From Alphaproteobacteria bacterium (GTDB lineage: Bacteria > Pseudomonadota > Alphaproteobacteria > Rs-D84): a DNA stretch of 38,193 nucleotides. The notes below the pieces were generated by a model, which was given only the letters and a program-made list of their open reading frames with translations, searched no databases and was not told where the DNA came from. Positions 8,391-17,736 of this stretch are shown one piece after another; the stretch's first letter is position 1; the number at the start of each line of letters is the position of its first letter. The position numbers were made by a program, and so were the translations under genes. The stretch lies in contig JAFZTZ010000022.1 in NCBI GenBank assembly GCA_017618595.1, forward strand, positions 1-38,193, read 5' to 3'.

Positions 8391-8750
8391 TTACGATGCC
8401 TTTGTCGCGAACGCGGTTTTGACACAACCAAGATAATCTTGGCCACCGGTTGACGCAACAAATGTCAAGATAAGACCGACACCGAACAACAGGAAGAACC
8501 CGACGAACATACCAATACCCTTGTCCTTCAGAACTTCTTTTTCAACCTTACCTTCTTTGATAAAGCCCCACGCCCAATCCATCAAAACAAACGCCGCGCC
8601 CAAGAAGGCAAGTATACGCAACGTTCTAATAACTGGCGCAAGTTCACTTATCAATTTGCAAATACCCGTTTGTTCTTCTGCAAATGCATTTTGGGCAAAC
8701 ATAGACAACGAAACAGTTGCCATCAAAAAATATCTTGAAATCTTTTTCAT
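8391..8750 (-). CDS. Small membrane protein resembling a TrbC/VirB2-family type IV secretion pilin
   Basis: The signal peptide ends ...AQNAFA|EEQ. The mature part has two hydrophobic helices separated by a short charged loop. ICKLISELAPVIRTLRILAFLGAAFVLMDWAWGFI is comparable to Agrobacterium VirB2 ICTFILGPFGQSLAVLGIVAIGISWMFG. An AAGGAG RBS lies upstream. Confidence 0.45.
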   Translation of the reverse strand: MKKISRYFLMATVSLSMFAQNAFAEEQTGICKLISELAPVIRTLRILAFLGAAFVLMDWAWGFIKEGKVEKEVLKDKGIGMFVGFFLLFGVGLILTFVASTGGQDYLGCVKTAFATKAS

Positions 8751-8803
8751 AATTTATCTCCTTGTCTATATAATTCTATCACAAATTAATACGGGTTTCA
8801 AAT

Positions 8804-8831
8804 AAAAAAGCACCACCAAATTTGGTGGTGC
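8804..8831 (-). terminator. Intrinsic terminator of the lipoprotein gene
   Basis: The perfect palindrome gcaccaccaaa/tttggtggtgc is followed on the minus strand by TTTTTTATTT. Confidence 0.65.
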
Positions 8832-8853
8832 CTTCCATAAAAGTCAAATATTA

Positions 8854-9219
8854 TTATTTGCCAGAAATTGTATAAAAACGACGTGTTACAGGAACCATTT
8901 CCGCACCACATCCCGATGAACATTTTTTGCAAGATGTTGTTTCAACGGCAACTGGGGTCAAAATTTTACGATCATTGCGTTCCATACGACCCGCATTGTC
9001 ACGTGCAAACAAATCTGCACAACGTGTGTTCTTGTATACAACACGGTTGCTGCCGTCTATGCCACGGATACTTTCGGAATAATGACGTGCATATTCATCC
9101 ATATGATATACACAATCTTCACCATCTTGGGTATAGCGAACACCGCCCTTGTAATAGTCATAGTATGTGCAGCCAGCCAATACTGTCAACGCAAACACAG
9201 AAGCCAAAATTTTTTTCAT
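8854..9219 (-). CDS. Lipoprotein of unknown function
   Basis: The signal peptide carries a lipobox, MKKILASVFALTVLAG|C. The mature part is Cys-containing and soluble. Confidence 0.6.
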   Translation of the reverse strand: MKKILASVFALTVLAGCTYYDYYKGGVRYTQDGEDCVYHMDEYARHYSESIRGIDGSNRVVYKNTRCADLFARDNAGRMERNDRKILTPVAVETTSCKKCSSGCGAEMVPVTRRFYTISGK

Positions 9220-9400
9220 CGCATTATCCTTTTATATGTTTACTCTCTGAACCACTCCCGATTCGTTCTGTCATATTTTCGCACAAAATTTTCGCTAGTC
9301 AACTATTTTGTATCTTTTTTTCATATGGATAAAATCATACAGAATTAACAAAAAATATGCTATAATTAGCTTATCAGAGTCACGCGGAGGGGGATTTTCT

Positions 9401-10348
9401 ATGAAATATCAGAAATACGGTCTGGTTAATACAACCGATATGTTTAGTGATGCACTGGCGCATCATTATGCCATTGGGGCGTTCAATTTCTATAATATTG
9501 AAACCCTGTCCGCCGTTTTGGGTGCCGCCCGACACACACACAGCCCGATTATTTTGGCCGTATCGGAATCCGCCCTGGAATATATGGGCGACGATGTACT
9601 GATGGCAATAATTGGTGCCGCCCACATTACCCCAAATGAACGCGTTGCATTACATTTGGATCACGGGCATTCATTTGAAACGTGCGCCCATGCCATAGAT
9701 TTAGGTTTTTCCAGCGTCATGATAGACGCCAGCAATTTACCATTAGATGAAAATATAGCCATGTCGGCGCGTGTTGCAAAATACGCACACGAACATGGTG
9801 TCACGACCGAAGCCGAACTTGGCACCCTGCGCGGTCGCGAAGACGAAAATACTTTTTCCGACAATGAACTTTACACCAACCCATCGGATGTCGCTGAATT
9901 TGTTGCAATTTCTGGGGTTGATTCATTGGCGGTCGCAATTGGGACCAGCCATGGTGCATATAAAATGAAATCGCCAACCCAGGAATTACGTTTTGATATT
10001 TTGGACAAGATTATGGCCGCAGTTCCAGATTTTCCGCTTGTCCTGCACGGCGCATCGTCTATTCCATCGCAAATTGTTCAAATCATAAACGAAAATGGTG
10101 GCGACATCAAAAACGCACACGGCATTCCAACCGCACAATTGCAGCGCGCCACCACAACAAATATATGTAAAATAAATGTGGACAGTGATTCCCGCCTTGC
10201 GTTCACGGCGGCCATCCGCAAAAACCTGCGCGATGCCCCCGACAAATTTAATCCACGCGAATATCTTGGCCTTGCGATGCAGGCGGTATATGATAACACC
10301 ATTGACGAAATAACAAACATCATGGGTTCTGCCAACAAGTTGGCATAA
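9401..10348 (+). CDS. fba: Class II fructose/ketose-1,6-bisphosphate aldolase
   Basis: Supporting motifs are AIGAFNFYNIE, PIILAVSE, ALHLDHG, EAELG, SLAVAIGTSHG.YK and LVLHGASS. A GGAGGGGG RBS precedes the ATG at 9401, so the 9308 start is an upstream extension. Confidence 0.85.
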   Translation: MKYQKYGLVNTTDMFSDALAHHYAIGAFNFYNIETLSAVLGAARHTHSPIILAVSESALEYMGDDVLMAIIGAAHITPNERVALHLDHGHSFETCAHAIDLGFSSVMIDASNLPLDENIAMSARVAKYAHEHGVTTEAELGTLRGREDENTFSDNELYTNPSDVAEFVAISGVDSLAVAIGTSHGAYKMKSPTQELRFDILDKIMAAVPDFPLVLHGASSIPSQIVQIINENGGDIKNAHGIPTAQLQRATTTNICKINVDSDSRLAFTAAIRKNLRDAPDKFNPREYLGLAMQAVYDNTIDEITNIMGSANKLA

Positions 10349-10351
10349 CAA

Positions 10352-11695
10352 CTATCTTGATTTTTCTATTGGTGTCAACCCGTGCGATGCACGATATCTG
10401 TCGATTTGTCCAATTATATCATGCGTTGGTGTCAACAGCCATGCCGACCGTTCTTCAAACGTATTTTGATACAAATCAAAATCGTCCTGCACCATACTGG
10501 AATACAAATTCCATCCTTGATTTTGCAAATTTTTACTAATACTTTCAGATGGCATATCTATAACATAATGTTGTTTCAGCAACGGCGATACGGCTTCTAC
10601 AACCCTGGCATCCATCGCCGCAGTCAATCCAGCATGAGTACATTTTTGAATATCATGCATAAAATCTTTCATAAGTTTGCCATACAGCCCCAATGAAGAA
10701 AAATTGGTATTTGCATAATGCCCAAATACTTCATGCTTAATGGTTCCAATTATACTATCTACACTTGGATTTCTTCCACCCCAATATGCTGTATTCAAAT
10801 CAACCGTACCCGTATCTGACATGCATACACCACCCACGCCAATTTTCTGTTTATTTAAAACCAAATTGATAGACAATGGTTTATCGGCCTTGTCAAACAC
10901 ATCCGCATTTAACCGTTTTTCCAGTAATCGTATAAAACGTTCATGTGCGTCCGGATCGGTTTCGTTTGCATCAAAATTTTTAACACATTCCGTCAACCTA
11001 TCATCCGATGCCAATATTTGAACCATTTTATCATTTACAAATTGAACATAGTTATCTTTGATAACCTGTGGCACCGCATCCCATAAAACTTTATCTTGTT
11101 TATCACCCATGGTGGCCAACGCATCAAAATATAAATAGAACAAATAAAAATATTCATTCATCAAATTGGCCGTTGCTTCGTCAATAGTGGTCTCCAATTC
11201 AGCGTCTTTGTCCCGAAAAAGAGTATTTGGGTTCAACAGCCCAAACTTATCTTTCAAGGGTTTAAATTTTTGTGCCAATTCTTCAATATACTTTCCATCT
11301 GCATCCCGAATTGCTGTAATCTTTTGACGTATATCATCAAAGTCATAATACATACATGCATCATCTTCGATTGATTTCCACATTTCTGGATGCGCATATA
11401 ATATTTGTTCTAATTCTTTTTTCTTACTTGCGCGTTCAAGATACAGTTTTTTTAATTCTGGATATTTGTCGACTTCTGGGATAAGGTTTTCATTATCATC
11501 AATCAATCTATCAAGTCCGGCATCATCCATCATATTGGTAATATCAGCAACAGAATTGCAAACAAATGCGTATAATTCTTCGGCATATTTACGCAATTCT
11601 TCAAGATTTTTGGCTCTGGCCCCAGGCAACGCCGCATTTTTTTTCTGACTACGCGCCCGAACCTTGTCCACAAAACGCTTTATAAACGGTTTCAT
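10352..11695 (-). CDS. Hypothetical 447-aa cytoplasmic or secreted-effector-like protein
   Basis: This is a long clean ORF with no signal peptide. The N-terminal two-thirds are helical and acidic. The C-terminal part contains GTIKHEVFGHYANT and a basic C-terminal tail. Confidence 0.6.
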   Translation of the reverse strand: MKPFIKRFVDKVRARSQKKNAALPGARAKNLEELRKYAEELYAFVCNSVADITNMMDDAGLDRLIDDNENLIPEVDKYPELKKLYLERASKKKELEQILYAHPEMWKSIEDDACMYYDFDDIRQKITAIRDADGKYIEELAQKFKPLKDKFGLLNPNTLFRDKDAELETTIDEATANLMNEYFYLFYLYFDALATMGDKQDKVLWDAVPQVIKDNYVQFVNDKMVQILASDDRLTECVKNFDANETDPDAHERFIRLLEKRLNADVFDKADKPLSINLVLNKQKIGVGGVCMSDTGTVDLNTAYWGGRNPSVDSIIGTIKHEVFGHYANTNFSSLGLYGKLMKDFMHDIQKCTHAGLTAAMDARVVEAVSPLLKQHYVIDMPSESISKNLQNQGWNLYSSMVQDDFDLYQNTFEERSAWLLTPTHDIIGQIDRYRASHGLTPIEKSR

Positions 11696-11772
11696 TATTT
11701 AACCTCTTCGCCCAAATAATTAACACAAAAAATATTTATTGTCAATAAAAATCTGCCTTTAAAACACACAAA

Positions 11773-11799
11773 AACGGCCGCATATCTGCGACCGTTTTT
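11773..11799 (-). terminator. Intrinsic terminator downstream of efp; a copy of the ACGGTCGCA hairpin family
   Basis: Stem aacggccgca, loop tatc, stem tgcgaccgtt, with one mismatch. It is flanked by A and T runs. Confidence 0.6.
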
Positions 11800-11827
11800 C
11801 CTAATAACTGACATTTGCCACTAATAA

Positions 11828-12397
11828 CTATTTTGCACGTTCAACATATTCCAATGTTTCTGTATTAACGACAATTTTTTCGCCTTGTTCAATAAATACA
11901 GGAACCTGAACACGTACACCGTTATCCAAAATTGCCGGCTTGCCCCCACTGCCTGTTGCGGTCTGGCCTTTTAATGCCGGTTCTGTTTCTACGATGGTTG
12001 CAACAACGGTCTTGGGCAAAGTAACCGAAACCGGTTGACCTTCGACATAATTGGTGCGGACATTCATTTCTGGTGCCAAGAATTTAACCTGTTCCCCCAG
12101 TGAATCCAACGGCATTGTGAATTGTTCATAATCATTAAGGTTCATGAAATACGCATCTGTACCATCAGAATACAAATATTGGCATTCCACATCTTCGACC
12201 ATCAATTTTTCAACTTTGTCTTCAGCGCGCCAACGATCACCACCCTTGTTTCCAGAATCAATATCGCGCAGGTCGGCCTGAACGAATGCACCGCCCTTGC
12301 CCGGTTTTACCTTGGTAATAGAAGTAACTGTATAGCGACGACCGTTATGGGAAATAACCCAACCGACACGCATATCATTTGCTGTAACTGATGCCAT
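11828..12397 (-). CDS. efp: Translation elongation factor P
   Basis: It contains the VKPGKGGAFVQ loop, has the length of a three-domain EF-P (189 aa) and carries the C-terminal GEKIVVNTETLEYVERA. Confidence 0.9.
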   Translation of the reverse strand: MASVTANDMRVGWVISHNGRRYTVTSITKVKPGKGGAFVQADLRDIDSGNKGGDRWRAEDKVEKLMVEDVECQYLYSDGTDAYFMNLNDYEQFTMPLDSLGEQVKFLAPEMNVRTNYVEGQPVSVTLPKTVVATIVETEPALKGQTATGSGGKPAILDNGVRVQVPVFIEQGEKIVVNTETLEYVERAK

Positions 12398-12476
12398 TTT
12401 TTATCCTTTTGATTATTTTTAACACGCATAGGGTATAAAAAAGTTCGGCCAAACGCAAGTTTTTTTGCATAAAAAA

Positions 12477-12499
12477 TGCGCCACACAGGCGCACTTTTT
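12477..12499. terminator. Intrinsic terminator downstream of the OMP gene
   Basis: Stem tgcgcc, loop acaca, stem ggcgca, flanked by AAAAAA on the left and TTTTT on the right. Confidence 0.6.
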
Positions 12500-12506
12500 A
12501 TTTTTC

Positions 12507-13337
12507 TTAGAACCGATACATAAACCCAAGTTTAACGATTGGATAGAATTTGATTTTATCAATTTCTTTTTGTGCATCATCCAATTCTTGTTGTTTCGCG
12601 GTTTCCAATGCGGCCTCTAATGCCGGGGTATTCACACTAACCCACGTTGAACCGTCCCATTGTTTCAACCCTTCAACTGGGATATCTAAATCTAATTCTG
12701 CCTTTTTGCTGGTAAACACAACACCGGCATCCAGGTATATTTTGATTCCCGCGAACAATCCTAAATCAAAACCTGTTCCGGCGTATGGTCCCGAATATTT
12801 CCAGTCAATTTTCGCCTTGCCCTGCATCGCGCCGACATATTTGTATTGGTTGCCACCCAATTCAAATTCATATTCACCACCCGGCAACGAAGTACTTGTC
12901 ACCAAAGAATTCGCTTCGATATTCCCCTTGTAATAACCACCGGTCAAACGCCATCCCCCAAGGAACCATGTATTTCCAAATGGATAGATATCGATCATTG
13001 CGGCGACATGTTTTGCCTTGATTGTTGGTGTGGCAATTTTTAATTCATCACCAATTTCAATATCTTCATCGCCGACATATTTTTCAACCAATGAATTTAC
13101 TTGTGACTTTATTGGTGATGTTGATGCGAAATCAAAACGCACCCCTAAACGTTTCCACCAAAAAGAATCAAAATTTTTGTTCGCATATCCGACAAAACCA
13201 TTTAATCCCGATGTCGCGGACAACCCGACACCAATTTGCATCCCTGTCGGGAAAGAATTAGAACTTTCCGCCAAAACAGACGTTGCCATCAATGCACCTG
13301 TGAAACAGACCCCAACGGTTTTTAAAAATTTGGTCAT
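12507..13337 (-). CDS. Outer-membrane beta-barrel protein
   Basis: The signal peptide is MTKFLKTVGVCFTGALMATSVLA|E. The sequence is rich in amphipathic strands and ends with the terminal signature KLGFMYRF. Confidence 0.7.
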   Translation of the reverse strand: MTKFLKTVGVCFTGALMATSVLAESSNSFPTGMQIGVGLSATSGLNGFVGYANKNFDSFWWKRLGVRFDFASTSPIKSQVNSLVEKYVGDEDIEIGDELKIATPTIKAKHVAAMIDIYPFGNTWFLGGWRLTGGYYKGNIEANSLVTSTSLPGGEYEFELGGNQYKYVGAMQGKAKIDWKYSGPYAGTGFDLGLFAGIKIYLDAGVVFTSKKAELDLDIPVEGLKQWDGSTWVSVNTPALEAALETAKQQELDDAQKEIDKIKFYPIVKLGFMYRF

Positions 13338-13473
13338 ATTTTCTTCCTTTCTTTACTGTGTGACAAATGTGAATATATTCACGAATTTAAATTTAATCAA
13401 AAATAGGAAAAATATCAACATAAAAACAATTTTATGTTTTAAATATGCGCTTTTTATGATACAATTCTATATT

Positions 13474-14328
13474 ATGAAAGCGAAAGTTTTATTTTTATCA
13501 TCCATGATTTGCATTTGTGGAATGGTTGCGGCGCACGCATCAGATTGCATTGACGATGAATGCGATTTTGATGATGAATTATATCTTGTCGAAGAAATAA
13601 CGCCCGCCTGTTCAGATTGTGAATCAGACATTCCAACCATTGAATCACACAGTCTGGTTGATGCAATTGTTGCCATCGCAGGCAAACAAGATGATAAAAC
13701 CGAAATAAATCAAACCGCAATTGATTTTAATGATGGATGCCCATTTGAAACAGAAATGGAATGTGACATCTGGCGCAGCAAACCAATTATTCGTGAAACC
13801 GTTGCACCACGCAGTCCGAAAATCCGCAATGATAAAATGTTTGATTTTCTGTCTGAAATAAATTGCACCGGAAACATCGATGCAAATTCTGTTGCGGCGG
13901 CACCACTAATTGAACGCTATAAAATGTTAATGCGCACAACAAACGCATGCTGCACCGAAGGTATGGTGTATCAACTGCGCCGCGCGGGTGCGTCTGATGG
14001 TTTGATATATAAATATATGTCGGACGACGCGAATTTTTATAATATCGGTAATCGTTGTTTAATGACAACAGATGCCGAATTGGACGAAATGTATCCAGAA
14101 ACCGTAACTGCATCGGTTATTTCCGATGTTCGTGATGGATGCCTGTGTCGTCGTCGCGAATGGTTCCGTAATATGCTTGCACCATTTGTTGATGCATGGA
14201 ATGCATCACCGGAATTTGCGTCATCACCATTCCTGTGGACATATACCGATGGCCTGAAACGCCAAATCACCGTTTCAATAAACGATGACGTCCGCAAAGT
14301 CCTTGATAGGTTAGAAACCTGTCCATAA
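13474..14328 (+). CDS. Secreted cysteine-rich protein of unknown function
   Basis: The ATG at 13474 gives the signal peptide MKAKVLFLSSMICICGMVAAHA|SD. The N-terminus is acidic and Cys-rich (DCIDDECDFDD...ACSDCESD), and further Cys residues occur throughout. The track's start at 13018 overlaps the opposite-strand OMP gene. Confidence 0.6.
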   Translation: MKAKVLFLSSMICICGMVAAHASDCIDDECDFDDELYLVEEITPACSDCESDIPTIESHSLVDAIVAIAGKQDDKTEINQTAIDFNDGCPFETEMECDIWRSKPIIRETVAPRSPKIRNDKMFDFLSEINCTGNIDANSVAAAPLIERYKMLMRTTNACCTEGMVYQLRRAGASDGLIYKYMSDDANFYNIGNRCLMTTDAELDEMYPETVTASVISDVRDGCLCRRREWFRNMLAPFVDAWNASPEFASSPFLWTYTDGLKRQITVSINDDVRKVLDRLETCP

Positions 14329-14348
14329 GAAAAGATATACAACAAACA

Positions 14349-14374
14349 AAAACGGTCGCATTTGCGACCGTTTT
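14349..14374. terminator. Bidirectional intrinsic terminator (ACGGTCGCA hairpin family)
   Basis: aaaacggtcgca-tt-tgcgaccgtttt lies between convergent genes. Confidence 0.7.
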
Positions 14375-14406
14375 CATTAACAACTTATACACTATTTCAT
14401 AACCAC

Positions 14407-15525
14407 TTACATACGCATTGGCATCAAAATGAACAACGCGTCTGTATCTTTGTTGGTTGACTGAATAATCGTTGGCGATAATGGGTCTTGCATTTCCATC
14501 TGGAATTTTTCGCCTTCGACCTGGCCTGCAACATCCATCAAGAACTTTACATTAAATGTAACCGTAAATGACGCATCGCCATTGTATTCAATGTCTAATT
14601 CTTGGGTTGCAGTTCCGGCATCTTGGCTGGACGCATTGACAACCAATTTGTTCATCGAGAACGTCAACTGAACAGATTTTGTTTTGTCGATACTGGCAAC
14701 CGAAACCAAATCAACCGCACTTAAGAATTGCTTTCTGTCCATAATCGCGATCTTGTCGTTACCCTTTGGAATAACAACGCGATAGTTTGGATACTGCGCA
14801 TCGACCAATTTGCTGGTCAACATTGCGGCACCAATGGTAAAGCGTGCCTTGGTATCAGACAATTCAATATTCACATCATCAACGGTTGCGTCTTCCAACA
14901 ATTTGGACAATTCACCAATTACACGACGTGGCAAAATCACAGATGGCATTTCTGCAGATCCCGCCGGTGCATCCATCGCACACAGCGCCATACGTTGCGC
15001 GTCCGTTGCAACCGCGGTCAATTTATTTGAACCATCGTCATTTGCAATGTGGAAATAAATTCCGCCCAAATGATAACGAACATCATCCGTTGGAATTGCA
15101 AACTTTGTTTGGTTAATCAGGTGCGCCAAATCACCCGTTGTCATTTGAAACTTTGTTGTTAAATTACTGCCCGCCATGGCCGGGAAATTTTCCGCCGGCA
15201 ATGTTGGCAAATGAAATACAGCGCGGTTACTGGAAACGACCAATGAATCACCAGATTGTTTGAACGATATTTCTGCATCATCTGGCAATTTGCGCACGAT
15301 ATCATACAACATTTGTACCGGAACAGTTATTTTGCCCCCAAGCGTGACATCCGCCGCGACATGTTCAACCAATTCCAAATCAACATTTGTCGCAGAAAGG
15401 ATCAAATCATCTGCAACTTCCAATTTAACATTCATCAAAATTGGCAACGTTGCGCGCTTCTCAACAATGGACTGCATATGTCCAAGTGCCCGGATTAAAA
15501 CCTGACGAAATACCGAAAATTCCAT
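14407..15525 (-). CDS. dnaN: DNA polymerase III beta sliding clamp
   Basis: The 372-aa length fits three domains. The N-terminus ...L...L......VEKR.TLPIL.NV.L and the C-terminus ...LMPMRM are typical of DnaN. Confidence 0.9.
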   Translation of the reverse strand: MEFSVFRQVLIRALGHMQSIVEKRATLPILMNVKLEVADDLILSATNVDLELVEHVAADVTLGGKITVPVQMLYDIVRKLPDDAEISFKQSGDSLVVSSNRAVFHLPTLPAENFPAMAGSNLTTKFQMTTGDLAHLINQTKFAIPTDDVRYHLGGIYFHIANDDGSNKLTAVATDAQRMALCAMDAPAGSAEMPSVILPRRVIGELSKLLEDATVDDVNIELSDTKARFTIGAAMLTSKLVDAQYPNYRVVIPKGNDKIAIMDRKQFLSAVDLVSVASIDKTKSVQLTFSMNKLVVNASSQDAGTATQELDIEYNGDASFTVTFNVKFLMDVAGQVEGEKFQMEMQDPLSPTIIQSTNKDTDALFILMPMRM

Positions 15526-15621
15526 TTTATGCTCCTGTTTATTTATGTCGGTTCCTACATTCTTACGGTCAATTTTACCAAAAAATGCCGATTCGGTGCA
15601 AGAGTAAAAGAATAGAATTTG

Positions 15622-17721
15622 TTATTTATTTGAAACACCCGCAGAATCAGGTTTTATAACCCCATTTGCCAAATCCAAGGCCGATTCATCAAGCCATTCT
15701 GGGTCATTACGCCGGGCCGGTGCGCCCTTTTTCAATGCGGTTTTACAGGGATGCTCGTCGGCCAGCCAGTTTTCCAACAAATCCCCCGCCAATAATCCAA
15801 CACCTGCACCCGCAACCAAACCCAAACCACCGGTAAACGGTGCAAGTAATAACCCCAGACCCGTTGCAGATAACGCCTTGCCGGCGACGGCGGCGCCACT
15901 AATTTTAATATCGGGTTCGGCCAAATTACCGCTTATCGTTATCGTGTTAACAACATTTCCAGTAATAGATAATTTTAATCCGCGCACCGGTATCGTCGTC
16001 AAAGACATACTCATCTTTTCACGTCCTAAATCTAAATTGCCATCCAGCATAACATTTATCGCGTTCGTTTCCACCGCGACACCGTTTTGCGTTTCAATCA
16101 GCCCATTACGCAATTTCAGATTTGTCGCCAAACAATGAATTTTCATTTGGTCGTACTTTTTCTTGGACGCGAACAAATCGTGAATATTTTGTTGTAAACT
16201 GGTCAAGAAATCTGTCCCATACATATACGCCACCAAATCAGAATGCGCGTATCCACCCGCCGCAGAATACACCCGCACCGGTCCATTTATTGTATGCATA
16301 ACTTCGGACATATTTGTTCCTGATGCACGAACATACATTTCAAAATCAATTGGCAATTCTGATATAAAATCATTTGTGTTTATTTGTTCCAGCAATGTTC
16401 CCATAACCATGCCACGACCAACACCGCCCATTTCCAGATTAATACGACCATCGGCATCTATATCACCATTTATCGCCGCGGTGACATTTCCATCTGCGAA
16501 ACCAACATTTGCATCTATGCGCAACACAGCATCACGAACACTGGCATTAACCTTCATCTTGTTTAATGATAATTTGCGATAGACAATCATTTGACCGACA
16601 TCGACATTTACGACCGCATTTGTGTCATGCAAATACTTTCCATACAGCGGCATATCTTTGAATACATTCGGTTTGTATTTTCCCAAATGTGGTGTGCTGC
16701 CATATATTTCGGGGAACAATTCCATCAAATTTATTTTTTTGGAACTAATATTTGCAGTCATGTTTAAACGTTTTTTTGACCAATCCAATGCACCCGAAAA
16801 ATTAATATCGCTGCCCCGAACAGAAATCGAAGATTTATGTACTGTTACCTTGCTATGTCCCAAACCGCCTGAGATATTTACTTTAATTTCCGGCATTTTA
16901 GGCAATTCAATATTTAACATATCACCTATTGGACGTACATCCGGAATATCACCTTTGATGATAAAATCAATTGGTATTTTACTGGTCCCTTCTAATGCAA
17001 TATTTGCAATCAATGTATCCCCTTCGGATGAAAAAGCAAATTTTACCGGATACACTTTTCGTTCCGCATTATATTTATCAAACGACAATATAAACGGAAT
17101 AACATTCTTTTTTAATTTTATCCATCCCCTGTATTCACGATTCTTTTCAAAGTTCCCTGCCCTAATATTTACACGTGGTAAAAAATATTTTTCATCATCG
17201 ACATTTATTTCAAAATTAACAACATCTATACCCCCAAGCCCGGGATCCATAAATGGATATTCTGTTTTTTGTATCTCGCCCTGTGCCGCAGATTCCGCCG
17301 TATCGGTGTTTTTATCATCTTTATTATTTTCCGCATTTATATTATCATTCCAAAATAATTTACCGTTCTTGATACGAACATGTTGAATTGTTGGTCTGTT
17401 TCTAAACAAAGATAATAAATTTAATCTTACCTCTAATGTATCTGCCTCAAATAAATTTTTGTGCTTTTCACCCGGTGCATTTGGAACCGTAATTTTATTA
17501 ATAACCACATGGGGCCGCAATGACAGTTTCCACGAAACATCACCCGCGATTTCAACTGGCATTCCCGTAGAACTGCGCAATATACCAAGTATATTTTCAC
17601 GTAAACTATTTGTATCTATTTTGGATAACGCAACAACAACCGCAACAACAGACACCGCAAAGAACAAAAAGATTGCGCGTGCAATAATTAAAAATTTTGT
17701 TCTGCGTGTCATACGCCTCAT
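15622..17721 (-). CDS. AsmA-family outer-membrane biogenesis/lipid-transport protein
   Basis: It has an N-terminal TM anchor and a long beta-rich periplasmic region. The C-terminal AsmA-like segment is ...NGLIETQNGVAVETNAINVMLDGNLDLGREKMSMSLT... The protein is 699 aa. Confidence 0.7.
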   Translation of the reverse strand: MRRMTRRTKFLIIARAIFLFFAVSVVAVVVALSKIDTNSLRENILGILRSSTGMPVEIAGDVSWKLSLRPHVVINKITVPNAPGEKHKNLFEADTLEVRLNLLSLFRNRPTIQHVRIKNGKLFWNDNINAENNKDDKNTDTAESAAQGEIQKTEYPFMDPGLGGIDVVNFEINVDDEKYFLPRVNIRAGNFEKNREYRGWIKLKKNVIPFILSFDKYNAERKVYPVKFAFSSEGDTLIANIALEGTSKIPIDFIIKGDIPDVRPIGDMLNIELPKMPEIKVNISGGLGHSKVTVHKSSISVRGSDINFSGALDWSKKRLNMTANISSKKINLMELFPEIYGSTPHLGKYKPNVFKDMPLYGKYLHDTNAVVNVDVGQMIVYRKLSLNKMKVNASVRDAVLRIDANVGFADGNVTAAINGDIDADGRINLEMGGVGRGMVMGTLLEQINTNDFISELPIDFEMYVRASGTNMSEVMHTINGPVRVYSAAGGYAHSDLVAYMYGTDFLTSLQQNIHDLFASKKKYDQMKIHCLATNLKLRNGLIETQNGVAVETNAINVMLDGNLDLGREKMSMSLTTIPVRGLKLSITGNVVNTITISGNLAEPDIKISGAAVAGKALSATGLGLLLAPFTGGLGLVAGAGVGLLAGDLLENWLADEHPCKTALKKGAPARRNDPEWLDESALDLANGVIKPDSAGVSNK

Positions 17722-17736
17722 GTTTTTATCCTTACT

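Noticed and set aside
10700-10760. Calling the 447-aa protein a zinc metalloprotease
   Set aside because: The motif is HEVFGH (HExxxH), not the canonical HExxH. No third ligand can be assigned by eye, so it is kept only as a low-confidence observation.
13018-13473. The long N-terminal extension of the Cys-rich protein ORF (track start 13018)
   Set aside because: The extension overlaps the opposite-strand OMP gene and the divergent promoter region. The ATG at 13474 gives a proper signal peptide.
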